Source: an uncultured Planctomycetota bacterium (GTDB taxonomy: Bacteria; Planctomycetota; PLA2; JAEUHO01). From it: 64,000 nt of DNA. A program made the translations under genes and the position numbers. The stretch covers positions 224,001 to 288,000 of the forward strand of contig CAVVXN010000001.1 in assembly GCA_963752285.1 (NCBI GenBank). Reading direction: 5' to 3'. Below are positions 36,038-45,997 of this stretch, piece after piece (positions within the stretch are counted from its first letter, which is position 1; every line of letters begins with the position of its first letter). The notes beneath the pieces are model-generated. The model had not been told where the DNA came from. It saw nothing but the letters and a program-made list of their open reading frames with translations, and searched no databases.

Positions 36038-36982
36038 TCACGCCCCCGCGAAGTCGGCGTCGGGCAGGTCGGTGGGGCCGGGGGGCTCCGGTCGCTCCTC
36101 GGGCAGGCTGACCTCGCCCTCCGCCAGGACGTCGAGCATCTGGTCCGCGCGCTCCTTCGAGAGGGTCCCCTTGCCGAGGGCCACCTGTACGGTGCGCCGG
36201 CCGAGCTCGCGGTAGAGGCGCACGGCGTTGCCGGGGATCCCCTTCAGGCTCTGCAGGTGGCTCCGTACCGTTCCGAGGTCGCCCCGCGAGATCGGTCCGG
36301 TGAGCGCCTGCGGCAGTCCGACCGCCTCCAGGTTCGCGAGCGTTCCCCGGACGAGCGGGAGGAGCGCGGGGAGGGCGACGTCGGGGGGCACCCCGGCCTG
36401 CACCAGGAGGCCCCGCGCGAACTCGACGAGGCTCACGAGGAAGTTGGACGCCGCGCTCGCGCCCGCGTGATAGAGCGCCTTCTTCGAACCCTCGATCTCG
36501 ACCGGGCGCCCCTCGAGGGCGATCACCACGCTCCGGAGGATCTCGACCGCCTCGGGGTCGCCTTCCAGGAAGAAGAACGAGTCGGGGATCATCCGCACCG
36601 CCGTGTCCACGTCTGCGAACGTCTGGAGCGGGTGCAGGGAGCCCCGGAAGGCGCCGGCGGCCGCCACGCCGGCGAGGACCCGCGCCGGGAGGCCGCCGGC
36701 GAGGTGCGTCACCACCGCTCCGCGGCGCAGTGCGCCGCCCGAGGCGACCTGGATCGACACGGCCGGGATGGCTCGGTCGGGCACCGCGAGGACCACGACG
36801 TCGGCCCCCATGGCGGCGAGCCCGGGGTCGCCCACCACCTCGCCCTGCCCGATCCAGTCCCGCGCGACGGTGGCGTTCCGGTGGTGGCGGCTCGAGACCG
36901 CGACGATCGTGAACCCCGCCTTCTTGAGCAGGATGCCGAGGGAGGTGCCGAGCACGCCCGCCCCGATGATCGCGACCTTCAC
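36038..36982 (-). CDS. Rossmann-like + DUF2520 oxidoreductase (PanG-like ketopantoate reductase family)
   Basis: IIGAGVLG, LAVPDRAI, LHPLQTF, KALYHAGA and ALTGPISRGD motifs. Confidence 0.88.
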   Translation of the reverse strand: MKVAIIGAGVLGTSLGILLKKAGFTIVAVSSRHHRNATVARDWIGQGEVVGDPGLAAMGADVVVLAVPDRAIPAVSIQVASGGALRRGAVVTHLAGGLPARVLAGVAAAGAFRGSLHPLQTFADVDTAVRMIPDSFFFLEGDPEAVEILRSVVIALEGRPVEIEGSKKALYHAGASAASNFLVSLVEFARGLLVQAGVPPDVALPALLPLVRGTLANLEAVGLPQALTGPISRGDLGTVRSHLQSLKGIPGNAVRLYRELGRRTVQVALGKGTLSKERADQMLDVLAEGEVSLPEERPEPPGPTDLPDADFAGA

Positions 36983-37089
36983 CTCGGGCCCGCCTCCCGC
37001 CCGGATTCCTGCCGGGGAGCGAAGCGTACCGACGCCCGGACCGCTCCGAAAGCCCGGGCCCGGCGCCCCGGAGGGCCGAGGAGCCCCGG

Positions 37090-37875
37090 TCAGGCCGGGA
37101 CGGCGTGGTCGAGGTGGCCGTCCCCGCGCCGCGCCGCGCCCTCGAGCGCTCGGTGGACGTAGGCCTTCGCACCGGTGGCCGCTTCCACGAGGGGCGTGCC
37201 CCGCGCGAGGCGCGCGGCGAGCGAGGCGGCGAACGCGCAGCCCGTGCCGTGGGCGCCGCCGCCCGGGAGCCGGGGGAGGTCGAGTCGAACGACCCCGGAG
37301 CGGGTGGCGAGGACGTCCACCGCGCGCGGCCCCCCGCCGTGCCCGCCCTTCAAGAGGACCGCGCGGGCGCCCGTCTCGAGGAGCGCCCGCGCGACGTCCT
37401 CCATCTCGTCCTCGGGGACCGACGGGCGACCGAGGAGGCGGGCGGCCTCGGGGAGGTTCGGCGTCACGACGGTGGCGAGGGGGAGGAGCACGTCGCGAAC
37501 GACCTCGGCGGCCCCGGGCCGGGCGAGCGCGCCGCCCGCCGTCGCCTCGAGGACCGGGTCCACCACCAGCGTCGCGCCCCGGGGCAGCGCGCCGGCGACG
37601 GCGCGGACGATCGGGCCGTCGTAGAGCATGCCGGTCTTCCACGCGCGCGGGCGGACCTCGTCCCGTACGACCACGACTTGCTCGGCCACGACGTCGGCCG
37701 GCATCGCCTCCACCCGGGACACGCCGCCGCGGCCCTCGACCGTGACCGCCGTGACGACGGCCGTGCCGTCCACTCCGTGCGCGGCGAAGGTCTTGAGGTC
37801 ACCCTGGAGGCCTGCCCCGCCCGTGGGGTCGGAACCCGCGATCGTGCACAAGGGGATGTAGTCGGCACGCGGCAT
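37090..37875 (-). CDS. thiD: Hydroxymethylpyrimidine/phosphomethylpyrimidine kinase
   Basis: [38 protein letters not shown] and HGTGC motifs. Confidence 0.95.
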   Translation of the reverse strand: MPRADYIPLCTIAGSDPTGGAGLQGDLKTFAAHGVDGTAVVTAVTVEGRGGVSRVEAMPADVVAEQVVVVRDEVRPRAWKTGMLYDGPIVRAVAGALPRGATLVVDPVLEATAGGALARPGAAEVVRDVLLPLATVVTPNLPEAARLLGRPSVPEDEMEDVARALLETGARAVLLKGGHGGGPRAVDVLATRSGVVRLDLPRLPGGGAHGTGCAFAASLAARLARGTPLVEAATGAKAYVHRALEGAARRGDGHLDHAVPA

Positions 37876-37955
37876 CGGGGTAGACTCGGAGGCTCTGGGG
37901 CGCGCGGGCCGCGCCCGTCGGTCGGACCGGCGTCGAGGCCGGGGAGGAGGATCGC

Positions 37956-38834
37956 ATGCGGAGCGCGCAGCGGGGCACGGGGACGAAGACGGCTCTCGGG
38001 GCGGGACTGCTCCTCGGCGCGACCCTCCTGGCCGCGGGCTGCCGCAGCCGGCCGATCGTGGCGAGCGGGACCGAGCTGGGGACGGCGGACGTGCTCCACG
38101 GGAGGCTCGTCGGGCAGCACCCCACGCAGGCGTTCACGTTCGAGGGCGTCGAGTCCTCTCTCCTCGACTTCGACCTCGTCTCCGATCGCGGCGACATGGC
38201 CGCGCCCGCCGCGCGTCTCTACGACCCGGAGGGGAAGGAGATCGACCTCGCGGCCGCCACCCGCACCGCGCAGGGCGCCGCCACCGTCGCCGTGCGCGAC
38301 GTGGTCCTGCTCCGCTCCGGCACGTACCAGGTGCAAGTGACGCCCACGGTCCCGGGCCCCGTCTACTACCGCTTCGACTACGGGCTGCGTTTCCCCCCCG
38401 TGCGCGACATGCGGGTGGACCTGAAGGCGAACGATCCCTATCCCCTGAGCGTCGCGGCGCCGCGCGGCGGTCAGGTCACGGTCCAGATCACGCCGCTCCA
38501 GGGCTCGACCACCCTCGTCCGCGTGGACGGCGTGGAGGACCCGTGGGGCGGTCGCGCGCTCGACCCCACGCAGCGTCTGCCGAACGCGCCGCCGCCGATG
38601 ATCCACCACGGCGACGACGGTTCCTACTACCTCAACTTCAACGCGCCGATCCCCGGGCGGTACACCATCCTCGCAGCCGCGAGGCCGGGTCACGACGGGC
38701 CGGCGCTCGTCCGGGTGGACGTTCGCGCCCCGCGATCCGCGGCGCGAGAGGTGATGCACCCGAACCACCCGCCCGTCGGGTACGGCGTGCCGGCCTCCAC
38801 GATGGTCTCGGGGTCCGCCTCCGACGCCCGGTAG
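37956..38834 (+). CDS. Hypothetical lipoprotein with two PPC-like beta-sandwich domains
   Basis: Lipobox LAAGC; LYDPEG...SGTYQVQV and a second PGRYTILA repeat. Confidence 0.7.
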   Translation: MRSAQRGTGTKTALGAGLLLGATLLAAGCRSRPIVASGTELGTADVLHGRLVGQHPTQAFTFEGVESSLLDFDLVSDRGDMAAPAARLYDPEGKEIDLAAATRTAQGAATVAVRDVVLLRSGTYQVQVTPTVPGPVYYRFDYGLRFPPVRDMRVDLKANDPYPLSVAAPRGGQVTVQITPLQGSTTLVRVDGVEDPWGGRALDPTQRLPNAPPPMIHHGDDGSYYLNFNAPIPGRYTILAAARPGHDGPALVRVDVRAPRSAAREVMHPNHPPVGYGVPASTMVSGSASDAR

Positions 38835-38954
38835 CCCCGGCGGTCCCCCTCGGACGGGTCTCGGCGCGCGCGCCCCGGTCGGATGACCCCCGGGGGCGCC
38901 CGGGGCGGTACACCGGTCGTTTCGGCCGGGGATCCGGCCCCGGGAGACGCCCCG

Positions 38955-40988
38955 ATGAAGCGACGCGCCTTCGTGTTCCTCGCCCTCCTGGCGGGGGTGT
39001 TGCCCCTCGCCCGCGCGGCCGACGGGCCGGAGGACCCGCTCGCGCGCGCCGTGCTCGCGGCGCGGGACCGCGTGTACCCGGCGCTCGTCAACATCCAGGT
39101 GATCATGCAGGAGTTCGTCGGCGGCCGCGCGATCCACGTGCCGGCGGCGGGCAGCGGCGTGATCGTGAGCCCCGCCGGGCACGTGCTCACGAACTTCCAC
39201 GTGGCCGAGAGCTCGATTCGGCTCGTGTGCAACCTGCCGAGCGGCGAGTCGATCCCCGCGGACGTGGTGACGCACGACCCGCTGACCGACCTCTCGGTGC
39301 TGAAGCTCCGCATGCGGGAGCGGACCGACCCGATGCGCCCGCTCGCGTTCGCGTCGTTCGGCGACTCGGACAAGCTCCAGATCGGGCAGCGCGTGCTCGC
39401 GCTCGGGAACCCCCGCGGTCTCGACTCGTCCCTCACGCTGGGCGTGGTCGCGAACGTCAATCGTGTCTTCAAGTCGTTCACGGGCTCCTCGATCGAGAAC
39501 CTCGAACTCTCCGAGGGCCAGCCGACCGGCCTCTTCACGCGCTACATCCAGCACGACGCGCTGATCCAGCCGGGCAACAGCGGCGGTCCGCTCGTCAACC
39601 TCGATGGCGAGGTGGTCGGCATCAACGAGCTCGGCGGCGGGGGCATGGGCTTCGCCATCCCGTCGAACCTTGCCAAGGAGGTGCTGAACCGCGCGCTGGC
39701 GTTCGGGAAGATCGAGCGGGGCTGGCTCGGCGTGACGGTCCTCCCGACGAGGCCGATCGACCGCGACTCCGGCGCGCTCGTCGCGTTCGCGCTGCCCGGC
39801 CACCCCGCGGCGAACGTGGGCATCCAGCCCGGCGACGTCCTCCTCTCGATCGACGAGCACCAGGTCGCGATCCGGCGCTTCGAGGACGTGCCGCCCTTCT
39901 ACGCCTGGGCGTCGAACCTCCCGATCGGGAGCCGTCACGAGGTGACGTGGCTCCGCGGCGCCGAGCGCATGACGGGCACCATCGAGGTGGGGAAGATGGA
40001 GCCGGCGCTCGGCGACGAGCGGGCCTTCCCGCACTGGGGCGTCTCGGCCATGTCGATCACGGGCCCGATGGCGTTCGCCCGGGGCTACCCGGACACGCGC
40101 GGCGTCGTCCTGACGAGCATCCGTCCGGGCAAGCCGCCCGAGGTCGCGCGCCCCTCGCTCGCGCGCGGCGACGTCGTCCTGGCGATCGGCGGCGACCCCG
40201 TGGACGGCCTCGACGGCCTCGCGGCGCTCTACGACCAGCACCACACCGAGAAGGACCTCCTCGTGCACTTCCGTCGCGGACGGAGCGACATGGTGACCGC
40301 GCTCGACATGACGCGCGAGGCGCCGCGACGCCGGGGCACCGAGCTCGCGAAGGCGTGGCTCGGGGTCGAGACGCAGGTGCTCACGCCCGAGGTCTCGCGC
40401 GCCCTCGGTCTCGACGGCAAGAAGGGCTTCCGCGTGACACGCGTGTTCCCCGCGACGGAGGCCGAGAAGGCCGGGCTCCGGTCCGGCGACGTGCTCGTCG
40501 CGATCGACGGCGACGCGCTCGACGCCTGGCGTCTGCAGGACGCCGAGATCCTGCGCCGCCGCATCGAGGAGCTCGACATCGGGTCGAGCGTGAAGCTCGA
40601 CGTCCTGCGCGACGGGAAGCCCGCTTCGATCGAGGTCGTGCTCCAGGAGTCGCCGGAGGCCGCGGCGGACGTCAAGTCGGCGAGCGACGACGTGCTCGAG
40701 TACAAGGTCCGCGACCTGACCTACCGCGACAAGGTGGACAACGAGTGGCCGCTCGACACGAAGGGCGTGCTCGTCGTCGAGGCCGAGAGCGGGGGGTGGG
40801 CGAGCGTCGCGGGTCTCGAGTCCGGCGACCTCGTGATCGAGATCGAGGGCACGCCGATCCCCGACGTGAAGGCCTTCGAGGCAGTCGTGGCCCGGCTCGA
40901 CAAGGAGCGGCCGAAGCGCGTCCGGATGTTCGTCCGGCGCGACCGCACGACGACCTTCGTCTTCCCCGAGCCCGACTGGCCCAAGTGA
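38955..40988 (+). CDS. HtrA-like secreted serine protease with four PDZ-like domains
   Basis: Signal peptide; GSGVIV, TNFHV, DLSVLKL and IQPGNSGGP; four GD(V/L) PDZ-type repeats. Confidence 0.9.
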   Translation: MKRRAFVFLALLAGVLPLARAADGPEDPLARAVLAARDRVYPALVNIQVIMQEFVGGRAIHVPAAGSGVIVSPAGHVLTNFHVAESSIRLVCNLPSGESIPADVVTHDPLTDLSVLKLRMRERTDPMRPLAFASFGDSDKLQIGQRVLALGNPRGLDSSLTLGVVANVNRVFKSFTGSSIENLELSEGQPTGLFTRYIQHDALIQPGNSGGPLVNLDGEVVGINELGGGGMGFAIPSNLAKEVLNRALAFGKIERGWLGVTVLPTRPIDRDSGALVAFALPGHPAANVGIQPGDVLLSIDEHQVAIRRFEDVPPFYAWASNLPIGSRHEVTWLRGAERMTGTIEVGKMEPALGDERAFPHWGVSAMSITGPMAFARGYPDTRGVVLTSIRPGKPPEVARPSLARGDVVLAIGGDPVDGLDGLAALYDQHHTEKDLLVHFRRGRSDMVTALDMTREAPRRRGTELAKAWLGVETQVLTPEVSRALGLDGKKGFRVTRVFPATEAEKAGLRSGDVLVAIDGDALDAWRLQDAEILRRRIEELDIGSSVKLDVLRDGKPASIEVVLQESPEAAADVKSASDDVLEYKVRDLTYRDKVDNEWPLDTKGVLVVEAESGGWASVAGLESGDLVIEIEGTPIPDVKAFEAVVARLDKERPKRVRMFVRRDRTTTFVFPEPDWPK

Positions 40989-41081
40989 GGGCCGGGCCCT
41001 TGGGTCGGGATGCCCTGGCCGGGACGGCCGGGACTGGCGGAGAATGACCCGACGGCCTTGCGGCCGGGAACAGGAGATCCC

Positions 41082-42002
41082 ATGACGTCTCGTTCGATCG
41101 CCACCGGGATCGCGGCCGCGATCCTCCTCTGGGCCGCGCCCGCGCGCGCCGACGAGCACTTCGCTTCCTTGATCGAGTCGAAGTCCGACTCGGTCGTGTC
41201 GGTGAAGTACGTGCTGAACCTCCAGATCACCATGGGGGGGCAGACGCAGAACCGCGAGTACTCGGGTGAGGGAGCGGGCGTCCTCCTGAGCGAGGACGGG
41301 CTCATCGTGATGCCCGGCATGGCCATGAACCCGCACCCGCGCGGACGCATGGGGCGCAATTTCGACGTGAAGGCCACGCCCACGAGCCTCCGCGTCGTGT
41401 TTCCGGGCGACCCGAAGGAGTACGAGGCGGTGCTCGGCGCCACGGACAGCCGGTTGGACCTTGCCTTCCTCAAGGTGAAGGACCTCGAGGGGAAGAAGAT
41501 CCGCCCCGTGGACCTCGCGACGGCCGCCGACGTGAAGCTCGGCGACACCCTGTACGGCGTGTCCCGTCTCGGCCAGAGCTTCGACTACGCGCCCTGGTGC
41601 GACACGGTCACGATCGTCGGGCAGGTCACGAAGCCGCGGAAGATGTGGGCGCTGCGCGGCTCCTTTCGCGAGGAGGGGAACCCCCTCTACGACGCGAGCG
41701 GGGCGCTCGTCGGGTTCGTGATCCAGCAGGAGGGGGTGGGCGGAGGCGACTCCGAGCCCTTCCTCGTCCCCCTGCCGGTCGTGAAGAGCACGATCGAGCG
41801 CGCCGGCAAGGAGGCCGACCGCGTGCTCGAGGAGTCGAAGAACGCCAAGGAGGGCGCGGCCGGCGAGAAGCCGGGCGAGGGCGACGAGGGGAAGGGCGCG
41901 AAGGCCGGCGAGGGCGACAAGGACGAGGGCGGCGACTCCGCCCCCGAGGGGAAGGGGCCCTCCGCCCCGCCGCCGCCGCCGGACGACTCCGGTTCTCGCT
42001 GA
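41082..42002 (+). CDS. Secreted trypsin-fold pseudo-protease with acidic low-complexity tail
   Basis: GAGVLLSEDGLIV, DSRLDLAFLKV and GNPLYDASGALVG align with the HtrA scaffold, but the His and Ser motifs are absent. Confidence 0.75.
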   Translation: MTSRSIATGIAAAILLWAAPARADEHFASLIESKSDSVVSVKYVLNLQITMGGQTQNREYSGEGAGVLLSEDGLIVMPGMAMNPHPRGRMGRNFDVKATPTSLRVVFPGDPKEYEAVLGATDSRLDLAFLKVKDLEGKKIRPVDLATAADVKLGDTLYGVSRLGQSFDYAPWCDTVTIVGQVTKPRKMWALRGSFREEGNPLYDASGALVGFVIQQEGVGGGDSEPFLVPLPVVKSTIERAGKEADRVLEESKNAKEGAAGEKPGEGDEGKGAKAGEGDKDEGGDSAPEGKGPSAPPPPPDDSGSR

Positions 42003-42146
42003 ACCCGGTACCTTTTCGCGCGACCCGAGCGGTATCATCGGGTTCGCGCCGCGCGGAATGGGGAGGGTTCGGCCGGCGACGGCCGTCTCTCCGCCGACCG
42101 AACGGACTCGGCCCGCCCGCCCCCGGGGCCCGAATGGAGAACGACC

Positions 42147-42899
42147 ATGCAACGCCTCGCGCTCTGGATCTCGGCGATCGTCCTCTTCTCGCTCGCCGTC
42201 CCGCGGGCCGCCTCGGCAGCCGACCCGCAAGAGGCGCTCGATCTCGCCGCGAAGATCGACGCGATCCAGAAGGGGGGCGAGGGGAACCTCGCCGAGGAGG
42301 TCGGGAAGGTCCCCGAGGTCTACAAGGGCGTCGAGGACAAGTCCGCGCGGGGGAAGCTCGTGGACGCGCTGGGCTCCGTCGCGAAGGACAAGGACGCGGC
42401 GGCGGACGCGCGCCTCGCCGCGGTGAACGCGCTGGTGGCGATCGAGGACCCGGACCCGGCGTGGCGGGAGATCTCCCGGCTGATGCCCAACGTCAAGGTC
42501 GAGGAGGCCACGGACCTCGACGTCGCGGTCGTGAAGGCCGCCGGCGACCTCGCGCAGTCGCACGCGATCAAGCCGCTCGAGGACCTGCTCGGCAAGGCGA
42601 AGGACAACAAGCTCTCGCACGAAGCCGCCGTCGCGCTGGGCGGGTTCGGCGCCGACAAGAAGAACCGGGTGAAGATCCTCGAGGACATGGTGGACCTCGG
42701 ACGGCGCATCCGGCCCGGCACCTCCACGACGAAGAGCGTCAGCAAGGAGGCCATGGACCGGTGGACGGCCGTCGGCGGCGGGATCGTCGAGGGCCTGAAC
42801 CGCTTGACCGGGGACAAGCTCGCGACCTTCGAGGACTGGGAAGCGAAGGTCAAGGAGCACAAGAAGAAGCTCCAGGACCTGTTCCCGAAGGAGAGCTGA
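42147..42899 (+). CDS. Secreted HEAT-repeat-like protein
   Basis: GGAG RBS, signal peptide, and ARLAAVNAL / AIKPLEDLL / EAAVALG helical repeats. Confidence 0.7.
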   Translation: MQRLALWISAIVLFSLAVPRAASAADPQEALDLAAKIDAIQKGGEGNLAEEVGKVPEVYKGVEDKSARGKLVDALGSVAKDKDAAADARLAAVNALVAIEDPDPAWREISRLMPNVKVEEATDLDVAVVKAAGDLAQSHAIKPLEDLLGKAKDNKLSHEAAVALGGFGADKKNRVKILEDMVDLGRRIRPGTSTTKSVSKEAMDRWTAVGGGIVEGLNRLTGDKLATFEDWEAKVKEHKKKLQDLFPKES

Positions 42900-42962
42900 T
42901 CGGGCTCGTTCGGACCGCGGGGCGCCGTCCTCGCTCCGGCCGCGTCCCCGGCCCTCCGCCCG

Positions 42963-42981
42963 CTCTTTACCGCCTCTTTAC
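42963..42981 (+). promoter_or_regulatory. Direct repeat CTCTTTAC x2 with 11-bp period (OmpR/PhoB-type site candidate)
   Basis: Copies at 42963-42970 and 42974-42981, AT-rich against the background, about 50 nt upstream of the ATG at 43033. Confidence 0.4.
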
Positions 42982-43032
42982 GGAGCCGCGTCTCCGCGCG
43001 AGGATCCTCGCGTCCTTCGACGAGAGGAGCGG

Positions 43033-44217
43033 ATGGCCAAGTCCGTCGTGACCGTACGGGGCGGCGAGGCGGGGGAGGTGCCCTTCCTCCGCGGGATCCT
43101 CACGCGCTCTCTCCAGGAGGCGGGCCTCTCGTTCGACGACTCCTACCGGGTCGCCTCCGAGGTGAGGGACGAGCTCCGCGACGTGGACTCGGTCACGACG
43201 GACGAGCTCCGTCATCGCGTCCTCGACCACCTCGCGGCGTTCGGCGACGGCGCGGTCCGCCGCTACCGGGCGAAGCGGCAACCCGTCGCGCAGGTCCTCG
43301 TCCGGTTCTCGGATGGCCAGGCCATCCCCTTCTCGCGCGGGCGGCTGCGTCTCGAGCTCGCGCGGTGCGGGCTCTCGGTCTCGGTGTCCTCCTCCGTGGC
43401 CGAGGACCTCTACGCCGAGCTCGTGAGGCGGGCCGTCGGCGAGATCGCCCACCCGGAGCTCGTGGGCCTCCTCTACCGGCGGCTCGGCGAGGTCGCGGGC
43501 TCGGTCGCCGCGCACCGCTATCTCGTGTGGGAGGAGTTCCACAAGAGCGACCGCCCCCTCGTGATCCTGATCGGCGGCACGGCGGGCACGGGCAAGAGCA
43601 CGCTGTCGGCGCTGCTGGCGCACGAGCTCGAGATCGTCCGCACGCAGTCCACCGACATGTTGCGCGAGGTGATGCGGATGATGGTCCCGGAGCGCCTGCT
43701 CCCGGTCCTGCACACGTCCTCGTTCCTCGCGTGGGAGGTCCTGCCGTTCCGGGAGTCCTCCGGCGCCACCTCCGCCGACCGGGTGGTCGAGGGCTACCTC
43801 ACCCAGTGCGAGCTCCTCTCGGTCGCCGCGGAGGCGGTGATCCAGCGGGCGACCGCGGAGCGCGTGTCCCTGATCCTCGAGGGCGTCCATGTGCTGCCCT
43901 CGTTCGCGACGCGCGTCCCTCCGGACGCGGACGCGATCGTGGTCCAGGCCATGATCGGCGTGCTCCACCCCGAGGAGCTGCGGCGCCGGATCCAGGGTCG
44001 CGGGCGGAAGGTCGCCGGCCGTCGCGCCCGACGGTACCTCAAGCACTTCGACGAGATCTGGCAGCTCCAATCGTTCCTCCTCTCGGAGGCGGACCGCGCG
44101 CACGTGCCGATCGTGGCGAACGACGACGTGGACCGCGCGCTGCCGGATCTGTCTCGCATCGTCGTGGACGAGCTCGCCCGGCACTTCTCGGGCACCCTCG
44201 AGGGCGCCGCGGGCTGA
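43033..44217 (+). CDS. 2-phosphoglycerate kinase-like P-loop kinase with two ATP-cone domains
   Basis: PFLRGILTRSL and PFSRGRL cones; ILIGGTAGTGKST; STDMLREVMR; LHTSSF; ILEGVH. Confidence 0.85.
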   Translation: MAKSVVTVRGGEAGEVPFLRGILTRSLQEAGLSFDDSYRVASEVRDELRDVDSVTTDELRHRVLDHLAAFGDGAVRRYRAKRQPVAQVLVRFSDGQAIPFSRGRLRLELARCGLSVSVSSSVAEDLYAELVRRAVGEIAHPELVGLLYRRLGEVAGSVAAHRYLVWEEFHKSDRPLVILIGGTAGTGKSTLSALLAHELEIVRTQSTDMLREVMRMMVPERLLPVLHTSSFLAWEVLPFRESSGATSADRVVEGYLTQCELLSVAAEAVIQRATAERVSLILEGVHVLPSFATRVPPDADAIVVQAMIGVLHPEELRRRIQGRGRKVAGRRARRYLKHFDEIWQLQSFLLSEADRAHVPIVANDDVDRALPDLSRIVVDELARHFSGTLEGAAG

Positions 44218-44282
44218 GACCCGTCCGGGGGCGCGGCGCGGGGCGGTATCCTCCCCCTCCGGATCCGCGAGGCGGGGTGGAC

Positions 44283-45161
44283 GTGACGACCGAGGCGAAG
44301 CCGACCGAACCGACCGAGCCGAGCGAGCCGAGCGAGCCGGAGGTGGCGCTCGACCAGCCGCCCCCGATCGAGGGCGACGGGATCGGCGGGCACGTGACCG
44401 ACTTCGACGGCGTCCCGCTGGTCGGGGTCCGGGTCGAGGTCGCGTCCGCGTCGGCCGGCGCGCTCGGCCGGCTGCCGGTCATGACGGACGGCGAGGGTCG
44501 GTTCCTGCTCGAGGGGCTCGAGGACGGGCGCTACGACCTCGCGTTCCGGCTCGGGACCGTACGAGGCCGCGCGCTCGGGGTCCCCGCCGGGAAGCTCGAC
44601 CTCGCGGTCCGGCTGGCGCGCCCCCAGGGGATCCTGGTCGTGGTGAAGACGGAGACGGGGTCCGACGCGCCCGCGATCGTCCACGTCGTCCTCGAGCGCG
44701 AGGCGGAGGGCGGGAGGAAGCGCGAGTACGTGGGCCGCCATCTCGAGGCACGGCTCCTCCTCTGGAGCCTCCGGCCCGGGACGTGGCGCGTGACGGTCTG
44801 GGGCGGCCCGTACCTCCCCGTCACGGCCACGGGGATCCGCGTCTACGACGGTCGTCCGGCGCCCGAGGTGGAGCTGCTCCTCGGCGCGCGCGGCGGCGCG
44901 GTCCACGGGCGCGTCGTCGATGCGACGGGCGCATCCGTCCCCGCGGCGTGGGTCGCGTGGCGGCGCCGGGACGGAGACGATCCCTGGCCGCGGCACCTCG
45001 CGAACGCCCAGGTGGACGACGAGGGCCGCTTCCTCGCGCAGGGGCTCCCCGCGGGCGCGTGGCGCTTCCTCGCGGGGACGCCGGCCGGTCCCCTCGGCGA
45101 GACGCTCGCCGAGGTGCCCGAGGGCGAGACGGTGGAGGTGGAGGTCCGCCTCCCGGCGTGA
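44283..45161 (+). CDS. Carboxypeptidase-regulatory-like (prealbumin-fold) repeat protein
   Basis: GHVTDFDGVPLVGVRV..TDGEGRF..GL..GRY and GRVVDATGASVPAA..DDEGRF..GLPAGAW repeats. Confidence 0.75.
   Translation: MTTEAKPTEPTEPSEPSEPEVALDQPPPIEGDGIGGHVTDFDGVPLVGVRVEVASASAGALGRLPVMTDGEGRFLLEGLEDGRYDLAFRLGTVRGRALGVPAGKLDLAVRLARPQGILVVVKTETGSDAPAIVHVVLEREAEGGRKREYVGRHLEARLLLWSLRPGTWRVTVWGGPYLPVTATGIRVYDGRPAPEVELLLGARGGAVHGRVVDATGASVPAAWVAWRRRDGDDPWPRHLANAQVDDEGRFLAQGLPAGAWRFLAGTPAGPLGETLAEVPEGETVEVEVRLPA
44301..44339 (+). repeat. Short 9-nt imperfect tandem repeat encoding PTE-PTE-PSE-PSE
   Basis: CCGACCGAA CCGACCGAG CCGAGCGAG CCGAGCGAG CCG. Confidence 0.6.
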
Positions 45162-45167
45162 TCCGCC

Positions 45168-45992
45168 TCAGGACGCGAGGCGTCCGACCGACTGGCGCGC
45201 GAGGAGACGAGCGCCCGCCGCCGGCGCGTCGAGCCGGCCACCCGCGGCGCCGACGACGAGGACGAAGGCCGAGCCCAGCTCGAACCAGCCGGCTTCCTCT
45301 CCGCGCCGCGCCCGGTGGTCCAGCTCGTACGTGCGCACGCGGGCCGTGCCGCCGCGGTTCGTGACGAGCGGGAGGAACGCGAGGCGGATCGAGCCCACGT
45401 CGAACGCACCCACCGCCACCCACGCGAACGGCGCGCCGGAGGGCAGACGACCGGACACGACGACGCGTTCGTTTCGGCAGAAGAGCCGAGGGATGGTTCG
45501 GGCGGCGCGCGGATGGACCGGCCAGAGGTCGCCGGGCACGTGACGGACGACGAGGACGTCGGCGTCGAAGGGCCAGTGGAATCGGTGGTAGTCGCCCGGC
45601 GCGAGGTACGTCGCGAGGTACGTCCCGCCCTGGAGGCGTCCCGCGAGGTCCGCGTCGCCGAGCAGGTCGGGGAGCGCGTAGGGGACGCCCTTCGTCTGGA
45701 GGACGAGCCCGTGTTCGACGCGGCCGGCCGCGTGCACCGACCCGTCGGCGGGCGCGGCGATCGCGGCAGGGTCCGCGGGGAGCGGCCGGGCGCCCGCCCT
45801 CAGGCGACGGGAGAAGAACGACACGAACGAGCCGTAGGGCGCGCCCTCGGCCTCGGCGAGGTCGCAGCCGTACGCCCGCGCGTACAGATGCACGGCGGCG
45901 CCCACGAGCGGGCGCGGCAGCTCGGCGCGGGCGAGCACGCCGACGAGGCGTGACACGGCGCGGCGCGGGAGCGCGCGGACGAGGGCGTCCAT
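45168..45992 (-). CDS. psd: Phosphatidylserine decarboxylase proenzyme
   Basis: FFSRRLRAGARP, APADG, YLAPGDYHRFHWP, NERVV, VGAFDVGSI and the FELGS self-cleavage site. An alternative GTG start lies at 46001. Confidence 0.92.
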   Translation of the reverse strand: MDALVRALPRRAVSRLVGVLARAELPRPLVGAAVHLYARAYGCDLAEAEGAPYGSFVSFFSRRLRAGARPLPADPAAIAAPADGSVHAAGRVEHGLVLQTKGVPYALPDLLGDADLAGRLQGGTYLATYLAPGDYHRFHWPFDADVLVVRHVPGDLWPVHPRAARTIPRLFCRNERVVVSGRLPSGAPFAWVAVGAFDVGSIRLAFLPLVTNRGGTARVRTYELDHRARRGEEAGWFELGSAFVLVVGAAGGRLDAPAAGARLLARQSVGRLAS

Positions 45993-45997
45993 GGCGG

